NCBI GenBank assembly: GCA_001938485.1
Contig: MQRK01216436.1
Location: forward strand, 1 to 64,000
DNA from: Girardia tigrina
Taxonomy: Eukaryota
Length of the DNA stretch: 64,000 nucleotides
Reading direction: 5' to 3'
In this document: piece by piece, positions 24,197 to 37,458 of the stretch
Layout of the letters: every line of letters starts with the position of its first letter
How positions within the stretch are numbered: the first letter of the stretch is position 1
Made by a program: the position numbers and the translations under genes
Notes under the pieces: generated by a model
What the model saw: only the letters and a program-made list of their open reading frames with translations
Told to the model about the DNA's origin: nothing
Databases searched by the model: none

Positions 24197-26005
24197 GTAA
24201 TATTATCGGTTTCTCAACTAAGATTTATAAACAATTTATGTATATATAATTCTCGAGTGATTTATAAGTAATTGTAATATTATTAACTTCTATACTAAAA
24301 GGTATCAAATATTATTAACTTCTTAACTTCCTAAGTGATTATAAATATGAATGCGATCCAAGGTAACTAATTGATCGAAAATTGTTTAAGAATTCCAAGT
24401 TTACTTCGGTCATCTTAAAGAATATTTTACCAGATCAAGTAAAGCTTTGTGAAGCACAGTGTCTAATACGAACAAGATCGAATGAGTCAACAAAGTAATT
24501 GAGCATCTTTCTATGAAATCGTGTATCGGATTACAGAAATGCGTCGATCACATTCTTGAAAACGATTGTGGAGTTTCAGGCCATCTACTTAGAAATTTTA
24601 AATTTAAAAAAAATCAAGTCAATATCTGAAATAAAATCGAATAAATAAAATAACTTATAACATTAAATCTTCTCGCATTTACAGTTACTTATTCGTAGTC
24701 TACGAAATGAATATTTCATTTAAATTGTTGAGATTTTTAACTCGATAGAGTAATCACTAGCCTGTAGTTAACTGTTCGATAGATCTGAGCGTAAAAATTA
24801 ATTAATCAGAACAAACTCCAAGGGGTGCTAATCTTCATACCCTTAGTTTTCAGAGTTATAATAAAAGCAATCTATTCTGTTAACCTTTTGTAATTAAACT
24901 TAAATAAGAGCATTTCAACCAAAGTGTCCTTTTATCGTTAAATAAAGGTCTTGGCTGTAGGGAGACAATATGAATTTCGAAACAGTGGAAATCATCAAAA
25001 TAAACGTATACTGTATTGATAGTAAGAGACAATCCAACGTACAAAGAGTTAACAGTGAAAGGGTAAATAAAAATTGACCATCCCGTAAACCATTAAATTT
25101 TGTAATAGCTGGAACAAATAATGAATGAGAGAATATAATTTGAAATACTTAGACAAAACTATTAACGAGTCGAAGAACCCTTTGGAGATGACGCAGGTCG
25201 ACCGCAGAATGCATAGGGGCACGCGGTCCGATCGTCGTTTACTTCCTTAAGGCTCTTTTCGTCCAAAGCACGATATATATATATATATAAAAGTATAAAA
25301 TAAATCTGAATGCAAATAACAAAATAAAGTCATCAACCTCTTCAGACATTGAGTTACCAGTCGGGCCATACTCGATACTGGTAGAGAACCCGAAGGCGCT
25401 CCGAAGCACACAAAAACTTATTGATGTGCGTGGAGGTGACGCGTCTGTTCCCCATGAGTGTAGTTTTAAGGTACTGGAGCGTAAATTGCGTGATAGAGTT
25501 GCCGTTGAACTCTAAAAAAACGGATGGGGGTTCTGAACTTACAAAAATGTTAAAAAAGGGGGGAACACGACAAATATAATTGATATAAATAATTACAGTA
25601 ATAATAAAAACATTACTAATAATACAATTTAATAATAGATAAGTAATAATAAATAAATAATACTAATAAATAAGAATAATATTCATTATTGACATAATCA
25701 TAACGTATTGTTAATAATAATATCAATTTATATAGTAATATTATTAATAATTTATTGATTTACTATTATATTTTTTTATATATCCATCTCTGTACCGACA
25801 TCATGGTGAGTTTTAATATTAATAATAGTAACGATGATTTATAATAATAATAATAATACTATTTTAGATTTTATTTTATGTATAGGTAAGATCTATTTGA
25901 TTACTTATTTTATATAATAATTATTATAAATTAAATAAATAATGATAATAATAGTATTAAAATTAAACGATAATATTTTTTTAATTATAAATACTTGGAA
26001 CCCTA

Positions 26006-29000
26006 TATCACGACCCCTTCGAGTGGGAACATTTTTGCAAGCTCATGAGCCCCCAGTGGTTGTTCAGGGTCAACCACGACCCGATATAATTCGCATTTAA
26101 CTATAATACATTTATTTTGTTAGGCGGTCAGACACATCTCCCACACCTGACATCTAACGGGTAGTGCCAGGTTTGGAGTACCATTGGGTTCAACTCAGTT
26201 AGAAAAGGCTATAGGCGCCCTAACTAGCTCAGCGCCGCTCAGGGCTGATTTTAACGTTAGTATTAATCATTTGTGTATCCTTTCTATGCGTGTCTCGCTC
26301 ATGTTTTGGTATATGAGCCCTGATTCTCTTTGAATAATTTCTCCTTGCGCACTCTGTTTGTACCCCTTAATAACTTGTGTATTGAATATGTATCAACGGA
26401 ATGTTTATTTGATTTTCTGATTTCCTAAATGATAAATTATTAGACACTTGAAATCAGTCACCGAAATTCATATTTTCGCTTTCAATCATAGATATTAACC
26501 ATTAAGAATTAATTATTAAATTAACTTTTAACCGTAGATATTAATCATTAATTTCAATTCACTGATTTTAGACATTTAGTTTTGAGTAGATCCTAAAAGA
26601 ATTCTTACCATAAAATTGTCAACTAAATTTTATTCATTCTATTGTCAACTAAAATTTATTCGCAAGAATCAAACTCCAATCTGGTCAATAACTAAATTTC
26701 ACTCATTAAATTTTATTTTCTCAAAACAAATATTTGTCTCGTTAAAAGAGAACTCGACTGTCTTTTTGGTAATTTCAGTCGGGAGACACATTAGTCACCG
26801 TTGCTTTTATTCACAGACATAAGCAATGACATATATTCACTAGCCAGAGAAACCAGTCAATCGCATTGATTATCTATTGACTTCATATCGATTTCTGTTC
26901 CTTACTACACCTATTCTTGCTTTACTATGCCAACAAGGCATTTATATATGTCAGATGACTGATGTATTATGTGTTTTCATCCATTTTTTATCGAATTAAT
27001 GGAAATTTTAATTTTATAAAGCAAATTTTATGCAAAGTTAGATTATTTTATATAATAATTTTTATATCAATTATATAAATTTTTTTAAAGATTTTAAAAT
27101 TTAAATAATAAGACCTTTTTAAAATAAATAACATTTATTAAATAAAATAACATTTATTCTAACACATCCTCTTTTAAAAGGGACTCCGGAAAAAATGTCT
27201 TGATATGCTTAAAATACTTCGATAAATTCGAGTATTCCTCTTTCGCAACCTCAGTTGTAATAAGGTTGACCAAGTACTCCACTTTCTGATGCTGAGAAAT
27301 ATCAGAAAATGCCGTTCTTGTGACACTCTTCCGGACGCTTTGTTTGACCTTGCTGAAAACCGCTTCGATCGGATTCAGGAAAGGGGAGTACGGAGGAAGT
27401 TGCATAATTTCCAAGTGATTTGGGGTTGTTATTCCCAGATGTATGGAAGCATTATCGTGGATAATGTAATGCTTACTTTCGGGCAATTTCGCGATGAGTT
27501 CGCTAATGAAGGTTTGATAAACCTCCCGATTAACGGAACCACTTACCACTTTGTAATGGACGGGTCCTTTCTTCGATATTGCCATGATTAAACTCTGGTT
27601 CCTCCCTCTATTAGATGGAACTGTCGCGTAGATCCTGGTTCCCTTTCTTGACCGTCCAGTGGTTTTTCGAGTCCAGAGGCCCATCTTGTCCACATAAATA
27701 CATTCTTTCGAAGAAATTGCTTTCTTCAAAAATTGATGGACATATTGTGACCGTAGGTCCTTCACCCGATCACTATTGCGCTGCTCCACAATATTTCTCA
27801 CCTTATTCACCGTATAAAATCTTCCATCCAAGAATCTGGCGATTGTTGAGGTGGAACAGGAAACTTCAACACTGTCGATTAAATATTGCTGAATTTCTTT
27901 TAATGTAACTTCTGGATGCTCTTCTATATAATCCATGATTTTTGTTGCTGCATCCTCCTTGATGATACATTTCTTGGGGCCACCGATATGCCCAGTTGAT
28001 AATTGTCCTGTTTTTCGGAACCTGTAAATGATTACGCGTACGGTGCGCCGTTTTAACCCCAATTGATTACCCAAGAGGTAATAATCTTCATCCATTTCGA
28101 AGGCGTTGATTATCCTTCTTTTATCCACCTCAGATACCCTAATAATTAATTCAAACTTGATCATAATTGAAAAAATACATTTTTCGGTCTCTCTTCTTGC
28201 TCGGTTCGGTATTCTCCGATGCGGTCGATGTGCTGTAAATAATATATTGATAATTATTATCTAAAAAACCTTTTATTTACCTTTCTTCGCGACATCTTTC
28301 GGTTTCCGAGCTTGCGCTACTTATGTCAGAGTAGACTGCATTCATAATTTTACAAATTAATTGTAAAATTTTTAAAATGTATATGTAATAATGATTATGA
28401 ATATATAATAATGCTTATAAAGAAGGTGTGTTTGTTGGTATGTATGGTTTTTGTGTGTGTGTCTAGTGTGTTTGTATTGAGTTTGCATGCCACTTTTTTT
28501 GTAACCTACTTATTTACATATATTTTAGACATAGTCACTTGGTCCGAGCCTTATGCAAATGACTGTCAAATCAATTTTGATTGGTGAGGTTATTTTTATT
28601 CAATAATTACATATTAAGTTCTTTACAGGAATATAACCAAATGCTTTCCTGACATTTTCAAACGAGAACAGGTGTAGTGATATAATATAATTACATATCG
28701 ATTTTCATTCTCTGTTGGGTATTTAACAAGCTCGCAATTCTTTTTCCGGATTATTGGAAATCTATTCTGACACGGCGACATCTCGCTCTTTCTCATGATC
28801 CGGATTATGACTATCAGCATCTGAATTAATGGTATATAACCGGATTATTTTCAATGCCCTTGGCTTTAGGACATGTCGAATTCGTTAAAGAAGGGAGGGA
28901 CTATGACGACACTTAACTTGGTGGCTCTAAATTAACTCACCAACGGCGAGATCACACGAATCTAAAAGTGAAACTATTTATATAAATATGTATTTCAAAT

Positions 29001-30002
29001 ATAACACGAATTCTGATAAAATATATTCAACGAATCAAAATAAAGCACATTAAGTAACACGAAATTTACATTATTTCTAATCTTCTTGGATCGGAGGAAA
29101 GTTCGTCTATTGGTTTTCAGATCTCGATTAATTATCTCATGAGTTTTGTTCACTAATTTTCTAATTCTTCCACTTGTAATCCACAAAATTGCGTTATACT
29201 ATGTGGTTCTAATCATATGAAAATCGTCCTAATGGTCTCGAAATGTTGGTTCCAAGTGCTCTCTTCAAAATGCTCTAATAATGTTCTGCAATAAGTGCTG
29301 TTCGAAATGCTATTGTTCTGTTCTAAAACGTTCAAAAATTTTCAAATGTTTTAAATGTTCTGGTTTTTGCTCATCGGGCCACTGTATATATAACAGCATT
29401 TTCTCTTGGTGTTGTGTACACTTCATCGCGTAGTCTTTGATTGGTTGTTACTGCTGATTTTATATTCTATTTATCGAGACATGTGGTTCGTGCGAACTTC
29501 AGTAAGCGAGACGTCATTTCGGATATACCCTGCTACTCTTAGAAAATGTGGTCTGGATTAATCACCGATTATTCATAATGAATAATCGCGTGATTCTTAT
29601 TTTGGACTTGTGGACTTACTCATGGTAATTTTAATTAATCTCTTTTATCTTAATTAATTTTTCATGATATTTCAGGGCTTTATATCTTTTTGCTGGCCGA
29701 CCCAGCTCGGGATTGAAATACAGCCACGGGTAACAGGCGAGAGGGGCTTTCTGGGGATATCTGGTTGACCGATTTCCCCCATCAGGTGAGCTCTGGAGCG
29801 ACATCGCGTATTTTAGCTTATTTATATAACGTTCAGGACCGGAAAACTACTCTCAACTTTCCGCTGGGCCGGGTGACTACCTGAGACTATTTCGATGACT
29901 ACGATGATATATATGACTGATATATAATATCTATTAATATATGTATGACTGCCTTTGCATTATTTTATATACTCTTTAAATGTCTGATTTTCGACGGCAA
30001 CA
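26006..30002 (-). mobile_element. Family A-related 3' LTR (minus orientation) containing a Tc1 insertion
   Basis: U5 end T(A/G)TCACGACCC...GCTCATGAGCCCCCA matches 62954. The 5' end reads TGTTGCCGTCGA on the minus strand, preceded by the purine run AGAGGAA. No TSD. Plus-strand introns at 29625-29675 and 29786-29836. Confidence 0.65.
27154..28345 (-). CDS. IS630/Tc1 transposase, intact frame, two 5' introns (exons 28345-28281, 28232-28179, 28138-27154; 367 aa), DD29E
   Basis: GT-AG introns of 48 and 40 nt join ATG 28345 in frame; paired-like HTH, YVDK, HDNASIH and LPPYSPFLNPIE motifs. Confidence 0.85.
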
Positions 30003-30266
30003 TTCCTCTGGGTACCATTGAAATCTCGACCCGAGATTTTACAACAAAATAAAAGTATAAAATTAAAGATACAGATAAGAACACACAAGATATGGAAAGA
30101 TAAGTGTCAACTAAATTAAAAGCAAGATACTCATTCGAACATTCACATTCAATCATAGTAATAAATATTTCATGCGTAATGTATATTAAGTTCAGTTCAC
30201 CAATGTTAAATATTGATCACGCCATTGTTATATTTACAGTGTTATATCAAATAAATTGTCGTATTG

Positions 30267-31017
30267 TTAGTAGCTGGTGATGCAGTAAGGATCAGCCAGC
30301 ACTCGATTCACTTGAGGTGTAATCGGCCTTATGCTCGTGGTTCGGACTGGTGGTCGAATCTGTGCATAATTAAAACAATTTAGTTCTGTCGTTATTCGTG
30401 GTGGATCAGAGAATTCGCTCGGGTTCGGCACTCTGGCAATGATGTCTTTCAGTTCCCTTCCGATCCGGGCTTGTGTATCGTACTCAATTTTTTGTTCGAT
30501 CGGTTCTGGTATTAAATTATCTGGACCTTTTGGAGTCTCATATTTTCGTCCGCCGGTGAGTATTTTTGTTCTGGCTTCTTTCTTTTGCCGTAAGCGTCGG
30601 TTATAATACAGATGGATGTTGATACAGCTCATAAAGATTATACCGGCAAGTGCAGCTGAAAAAATGATTATTACAATAAGTCTACCTGTCGAGGATGTCA
30701 CTTTTGCAATCTTTTTTATTAACTTTGTAGTGACACCTTCAGTTGATTTTGCCGTTTTTGTCGTAATCCTTTCCGCTCTCTCTGTTATTAGTTCGATAAT
30801 CAGTGGTTTTTCTGGCAGCGCAGGTTGCAATTTTTGGGAACAGGTATTCCATTGGTGTTAAATATTTATGGTTCTGTTGATAAACCTCGTCTTCGTATTG
30901 AGGAGATACGGTTTGTATTTCATCGCCAATTACTAAGTATTCTTGATAATATGCTGCTACATAATCGCCGTAATATTTTGTAGTTCGATAAAATTGTTCG
31001 ATATTGAGCCACATCAA
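30267..31017 (-). pseudogene. Type-I membrane protein ORF (one frameshift near 30835, 5' truncated) in the env position upstream of the family A 3' LTR
   Basis: Thr-rich stalk, TM LIVIIIFSAALAGIIFMSCINIHLYY, basic NRRLRQKK, and a ~110-aa tail with YETP, YDTQ and YAQI. Confidence 0.55.
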
Positions 31018-31232
31018 AAGATGTAAATCTAATGGATCATAATAAAGATTTTAAAGTGATTTTAAATAATTTTGACACAATTTATGAAAGGATTATTGCC
31101 AAAGAATTGTTAATAAAGCATCATAAACCAATGCTTAAACGTGCAATATGATTTACCTAATCATCTTAAAGTTTTTTAACTATTATTAAAATACTTTTTT
31201 AATAAAAAAACATGTTTTTGAGACGTATGATA

Positions 31233-31879
31233 TGTTGGGTATTAAAATCTTTAATCTTAAATATTTACTTTTTAAAACACAAATCTTTAATCTTTAATCG
31301 TTAATCTGACTCCATTTAATCAGTAAGGATTTCCAACATAAATATATAAATAATGAACACAAATTCTTTTATGAAACTTTATTTTCAAAGAACAAAAATT
31401 AACACGTCCCAAATAATAATAATTCAATTCTTTGATGACAGAACACAAACACAAATCAATATTTCGTGTGAGTTAACAGATTACAGTAAAAACTGTGAAT
31501 CTCCAAAACGAATGTTAATTTTTAAATTAATTGAAACCTTTTTCTCCCATACGGGATACTTATGGTTTTATACAAATTAATAAAAATATATTAAAGAACA
31601 ATTAGCAATTTTACTTGACTTCCTTTTTTGTTTAGTTGTTAAAGAATTTTTTTGGGCAAAGTAAACTAAATTTGCTGCTGTTTATATAGTGGTTTTCATC
31701 AGCCTTGAAAATTGATCAGATAAAACAAAGACTAAAATATTTTTAATTTTCAATTCCAAATTTTGTTAAACTAAATATTATTTTGTTTGAAATTAATAAT
31801 TTTACCAAAAGAATTATTTTAAATTTTTTCTACATAAAATTTTGTTAAGTGTTCGTGTGTATTTTTCGAAACCCTAACA
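31233..31879 (-). mobile_element. 3' LTR of another LTR retrotransposon
   Basis: TGTTGGGT...ACCCTAACA termini; on the minus strand it is preceded by PPT AGGGGGAGA and a pol-like end (EDDICPLGG). Confidence 0.7.
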
Positions 31880-31964
31880 AATCTCCCCCTAATGGACAGA
31901 TATCGTCCTCGATATTTAGATTACAGTCAAAGGGATCGATTTGGTATAAAGATAGTGATAATAG

Positions 31965-32741
31965 TGTTGGCGTATCGAGGTGATCATATTAAAACGAAAA
32001 TCAAAAAGAACAAGAGGATCCTTTTTTTATAAAATATTTATAAGCAAATCAAAAATATTTACACTGATTTTCAAAAAGATTATTAACCCTATAAGTCTTA
32101 ATTTATATATTGGGTAGTATGAGGAAACGAGATTTCGTTTGCCTCTAACGGATTTTAAAAATATAAAAATATATTAAATGAAATATATAAATTATATGGT
32201 TATGAGCAAATTCGCACTTCCGCTTCTTGCAAATCCTTGATTTCTCTGATTCAATTTTCACTTTTTCACTTTTTCCTTTTCACTTGAGCTCTCTAGTTTA
32301 TATGTCTTAAACGAACCGGCTGTTTGACTTGTTGACGTGGAATATTGATTCAGCTGTTGCTTAGGAGGAAAATAAATCAACTGCTGTTGATCCACGTAGT
32401 CAATTTTGCAGGATATATTTTTTTTGCACTTTTATTTTATTTTGACCTTTGTCTTCTTCTCAATTATATAATTAAGGACTCTTTTCCCCTTAAACCTTCC
32501 TCTTTTTATACTACTTTAATTAATTTAATTTCCTTTTATTTACTTTTAAAAATACTTTATTTATTTTCTTATGATAAATATTATTTTACTCAATCTTGAT
32601 TTACCTTTGTAACTATTTCTAATTAAATTGTTTATATATAAATTATATTTATTATAGTAAACAGATAAATAATATCTTATTTTATCTATTAATTAAAACA
32701 AATTTTTTATGAAATACTTTTAATAAATACTATACTCAACA
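31965..32741. mobile_element. Solo LTR (777 bp), relative of 999-1821
   Basis: TGTTGGCGTAT...TATACTCAACA termini; TSD ATAG at 31961-31964 and 32742-32745. Confidence 0.85.
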
Positions 32742-33959
32742 ATAGCACCATTAAAGGTACAATAATTGTAAAACAACCTGATTATCAACTTAGAAGGTAC
32801 TAAATTAACTTAATCCTTTGATTAGATGAATTTAGTAACTAATTAACAACCAAAACGTTTAATTAAAAATGAATGTTTATTTTTATATATATCAATTAAT
32901 AATTATTAACGAAAGTTTTGAACCCTTTAAAAATGAAAATATGTAATCAATACTATACTTTTGGTCTATGTCAGTCTAAAAGCAAAGGCTACAATATCGG
33001 GATAAAGGCAGACAGCGAATCTGATTAGGATTCGGTATTGATGGATTCGAAATTAATGGCGAAAGGATGACTCAAAAATACTATGATCAGTTGCAGGCGA
33101 TTTAGGTTGTAAATTCAGTAAATATCGGATCTTGTTATCGTCAATAAAAAGCTGGAAATGTCAGAGAGATAGTTTTACCACAATAATATTTTCGTCGTTA
33201 TGAATTTTGAATTTCGGATTGATTTCATAAATTTAAATTTCATATTTGAAATTCTAATTAATAATTACATTATCGTAATTATTATTAACAAAAATAATAA
33301 AAATAACAAAAATCGGCATAAAATAAAAATATCAACCGAAAAACAGACTAAAATTAAACAACAAAAGTAATCAGAGTACATAAAATAACAAAAGTCGTTG
33401 TTTGAAGGTCAACAATTATATTACAGACTGACTCGCGCGACGCCGGAAGACGTTACGCGTTACACTCTCTTTCGTCGAGCTTCGTAATAAAAATGACATA
33501 AAAAATATAAATATATATCACAAGCAGAATCAACCGACCGAATATGCATCACAAAAATAAAAAATGAAAAAATTAACGCTGTTACACGAACTAAAAAATT
33601 CACATTACAATAATAATAATTAGAAGTAATAATATAGATAACGCTAATAATAACCACAATGATAATAATAACAAATAATCGTAACTACGCTAATAAAGGT
33701 GATAATAATAATATTTATGATAATAATATAAATGATACTATAAGTGTTAAAAGACATCCCCCAAAATTTGTAAAACAATAAGGATAAAAGGATAATAATA
33801 ATAATAGTAATAGCAATACTCTATGTAATATTTATTATTCAAAAAATTAAAAAATGATGGCAACTTATTTTTCTTTATTATTATATTATTATATTAAATG
33901 CGTAAATAATACCTTTAATTTAAAAATAATATCAAACATATAAAATCCAAAATGTATTT

Positions 33960-34420
33960 AGTAATAAATCTCCAACCCCATTTGTATTATGTTCGGATCT
34001 CGTATATAAATTTACATGTAATGGGTGTAATGCAACATACATTGGAGAGACGTCCTGTCATCTTTGTAGGAGAATCCAAGAACATGGTTGGAATATAGGT
34101 GGGAGTAATATTGTAGAACACAGACAGGGTTGTAAGTCGAATGAAAACATAAACTTAAATGATTTTAAAATTCTGTGTTCTCGTTTTAAAAACTATTGGG
34201 AGAGGGTGTGAAGCACTTGATATCAGATCTATAGATCCTAAGATTAATGTGCAAACGGCTCTCTCGAAAACCCTATTGAATGTGTTTACATGACATAAAA
34301 TCCGTTGATGACATAATCACTGCTTGCCTATATAAGTAGATTTAAAATTAATTTTTTTTTTGAGACCTGACGATGACGGTTATACCGTCGAAATTCATTG
34401 TCTTAAAAAATAAATGTTTA
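33960..34420 (+). mobile_element. Penelope-like element 3' end: GIY-YIG endonuclease remnant plus pseudo-LTR
   Basis: LVYKFTCNGCNATYIGET...RIQEH...FKIL...PKINVQ, stop at 34291; TATATAA at 34329; hammerhead; AATAAA. Confidence 0.9.
34358..34408 (+). ncRNA. Minimal type I hammerhead ribozyme
   Basis: Stem I TTTTGAGAC/GTCTTAAAA; core CTGACGA at 34367-34373; stem II GACGGT/ACCGTC; GAAA at 34390-34393; very short stem III with predicted AUU cleavage triplet. Confidence 0.8.
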
Positions 34421-34502
34421 TTTAACAAATGATGTATTTTTGTCTTTAATATTAATTATATGAATTCAAAATAATAATATTAACTATAATAATAATTATA
34501 AT

Positions 34503-35544
34503 TGTGAGGATCGATTTAGCAGATACATCAGTTTGAACGCAGTAGCTCACCAAGACAAGAAAACCGTGCGAAAGTTATTACTTGACAAATGGATTCTGAA
34601 ATACGGACCACCAAAAGAAATCCATGTCGATAGAGGAAAAACATTCGAATCAGCCCTTTTTAAAGAAATAGCAAATAGATTTACAGTTGAGATAGTATAT
34701 TCCAGTCCTTACCACCACAATACCAATGGGATTGTTCAGAGAATTTTCAGAACTGTAAGTAGCGTTTATGCCACTTTCATTATTATCACATTCTAAAGCC
34801 ATAATTTAACACCACCAAAAAATTTATTACTATAACAATTCACATTTCTAAAACAAATTTTNCTGTTAATTTAATTTAATTATCTCGACCCAAATTAATC
34901 TATTAAATTCTTTTCGATTTAATTTTTAAAACCCTGAAAATTTATTTCGAAAATTTATTTCAAAAAATTATTTAAACTTTATTTTCAAATCAATTTTTAA
35001 AATTTCTTATTAAAAATATTTTTATTTATAAATAGGAAACTTTCTTTAGAAAAGAATAGGAAAGTTTCTTTATAAATTGTATTAAGAACACCAATTATTG
35101 TATTAAGAACACCAATTTGATTTTTTATATTTTTATTTAAACAACAATTTTGATTGTCCTCAAAACAATCTTTGTCAAAACTTTCGTACGTTTGCATTCA
35201 AAGCGAAAATTGATTANNNNNNNNNNNNNNNNNNNNNNNNNNNNNNNNNNNNNNNNNNNNNNNNNNNNNNNNNNNNNNNNNNNNNNNNNNNNNNNNNNNN
35301 NNNNNNNNNNNNNNNNNNNNNNNNNNNNNNNNNNNNNNNNNNNNNNNNNNNNNNNNNNNNNNNNNNNNNNNNNNNNNNNTTAAAATTTTAAAATTATATG
35401 AAATTAAAAATAAATTTAAACATTACTTATTTTTAGATAATAAGAATTAAAACATTAATCATCCATCTGGGTAGGAGAGACACATTTCCAAATCAACACA
35501 CACATTCAAACACAAAACATCAAACATTCAAAATATTCCTCACA
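34503..35544. mobile_element. Gypsy family B debris: integrase fragment (+) and inverted LTR (-) spanning a gap
   Basis: KYGPPKEIHVDRGKTFES...SPYHHNTNG; 35080-35544 is the reverse complement of LTR 23756-24196. Confidence 0.8.
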
Positions 35545-35916
35545 AATTGGTTTCTCTTTACATAATCCTAACAGTGATAATAAAGATAAATTTTTATTTT
35601 AAAAAATTCATATTTTTATATTTTTTTTAAATATCGCATCTTTTTCGCAACCAATAGATCAAGGGGTTATTTTAGAAAAGTTGGAAAAAAATCATGAAAA
35701 TAAAATTCTAATGGTGCGTAAGTTACACACCTTTTCGTCATTCCCAAACACGATGCCTTCCACTCAACATGCCAAGTCCTCTAAATTTAAAAAAAAACCA
35801 AACTGGAGCTAAATCATGGCTTATCTGCTCATTTACAATTAATTAATTCAAATTTATCAAAAATAAATAACACAAATTGAAAATACATGAAAATATTTTT
35901 TAACTAAAGATTATTG

Positions 35917-37458
35917 TTAAATTCCAAGTCCATCCAGAGTCAATCTCTCCCCTGTCTCCGCTCGATAAATCAACGTCTCCAGGTTGTAAATTTTCCCCAT
36001 TACCTCTATTTGATTCTGAGGGCTTATCCTTGCGACTTGTAACGCTTGTTCGGCCATCATTGGCGTTGAAGTTTGAGTCCCGCGCTCAAAGTGTTTTCCT
36101 CGGTGGGTTTGAGTGCCAACATTGATTAATAAATTCACTTGAGTATTCTCCTTTTCTTCTTCTCGTGATGATTTTATCTCTTCTTCTTGAACGTAAATTC
36201 CCTCCGTCAGCGTCGCAATTAAATCTTTTTCCAATAATTCCACTTCGGGATCGACCAACGGATCCAAATTTTCCTCCAAGATTTCTTTTTCTCCTTTTTT
36301 CCTTGACCACAATTCTACAATCCGGAACTGTTTTCCTTTTTTTGGTATCTACTTCCATGGATTCTCAAATCTTGTGATCGATATAATTTGACTCGATTGC
36401 CTTGTAGATATCCTTGATCGCTATGGCATTCTCCAAAGCGTTGTGGCGTCCCGGTATTTGAATATTTCTCTTGAGAATATTCTTTGCTAATGTTTGAAAC
36501 TTGAAGAGTATACCACCTGCTTTGGGTTGTTGACCCATTTTATATAATGTTCTCATCGCTGATAAATCCCTAATTCACAAAAATCATTTTTTATTTATAT
36601 TTAATACTTTTAATTCTAGTTGGAAGTCATGCCCAACTAGAATTTTTCTGTAACACAGTTGCTGGACCTTTTCGATAACTTCATACTCGTCCCTCTGTTT
36701 TCTCATCATCGGCTCTGAAATGCCGTGATGTCTTTCTCCAGCGCATATAATTTTCTGTCTGGGCGTGGTAAATACATTGATCTGTTCCTCACCCTTGATA
36801 TTTATGATTGCAATGGACATCAAACCTATTGTTTTATCGATTTGTTCCGTTGTGAATTCAGAATCCAAAAATATTAAATTTTTTTGTATTTCTTTCTTCG
36901 ACAAGGGTTTCCTTATAAAATTTTTTCTATGACTGAAGTCCTCCTTTATTGACTCATATAATGAATCTTCCAGTTCTTCTTTATGAACCTTAAATTTTGG
37001 ATTATAATGTGGGTTTACCGGTTTTTTCCATACTCGATGGCCACTTAAGCAGGATCATTGTAGGCTCGCACATAAAGATTTAATTGTTCTTCGTTAAATT
37101 TCCAAATTGTGCGTCACTCTAACACATTTAATTCGTTTTCTGTGCTCGAGATGTTATTGTTTGATCGGCTAAAAATCTCTGGGAATTTGTTGAAACTTCC
37201 ATCCTATGGCTAACAATATGTAATGCCAATTCCCCTGACCATTCCTTTGAAAATATTTCGCGTAGTCATACTGGTTTCATATGGGTTAAAACACGTAAAT
37301 GTATCTCGATTTCTAAATCCGACACTCTAATGCCATTTGGGAATGCAAGATTGTCCGTGAGGGCTCTATTTACACCTATGTTATCTCGACCTAACATTTT
37401 TGAAAAGAGAACATATACTGCATTTTCCCTCACTATTTCTTTCTCTAAGATTACTCTG
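35917..37458 (-). pseudogene. Degraded intronless ORF with a central DEDDh 3'-5' exonuclease (REX4/ISG20-like) domain
   Basis: LIFLDSEF, HGIS, ILVGHD, IRDLS and GRHNALENA motifs; unknown N-terminal region; acidic C-terminal tail; cut at 37459 by an LTR. Confidence 0.75.

Larger units (their letters stand above)
19380..25572 (+). mobile_element. Family A giant solo LTR (~3.36 kb after removing the nested Gypsy B)
   Basis: Same termini as 4213-5567; TSD AATA at 19376-19379 and 25573-25576; TATA-like GGTATATATA at ~20351. Confidence 0.85.
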
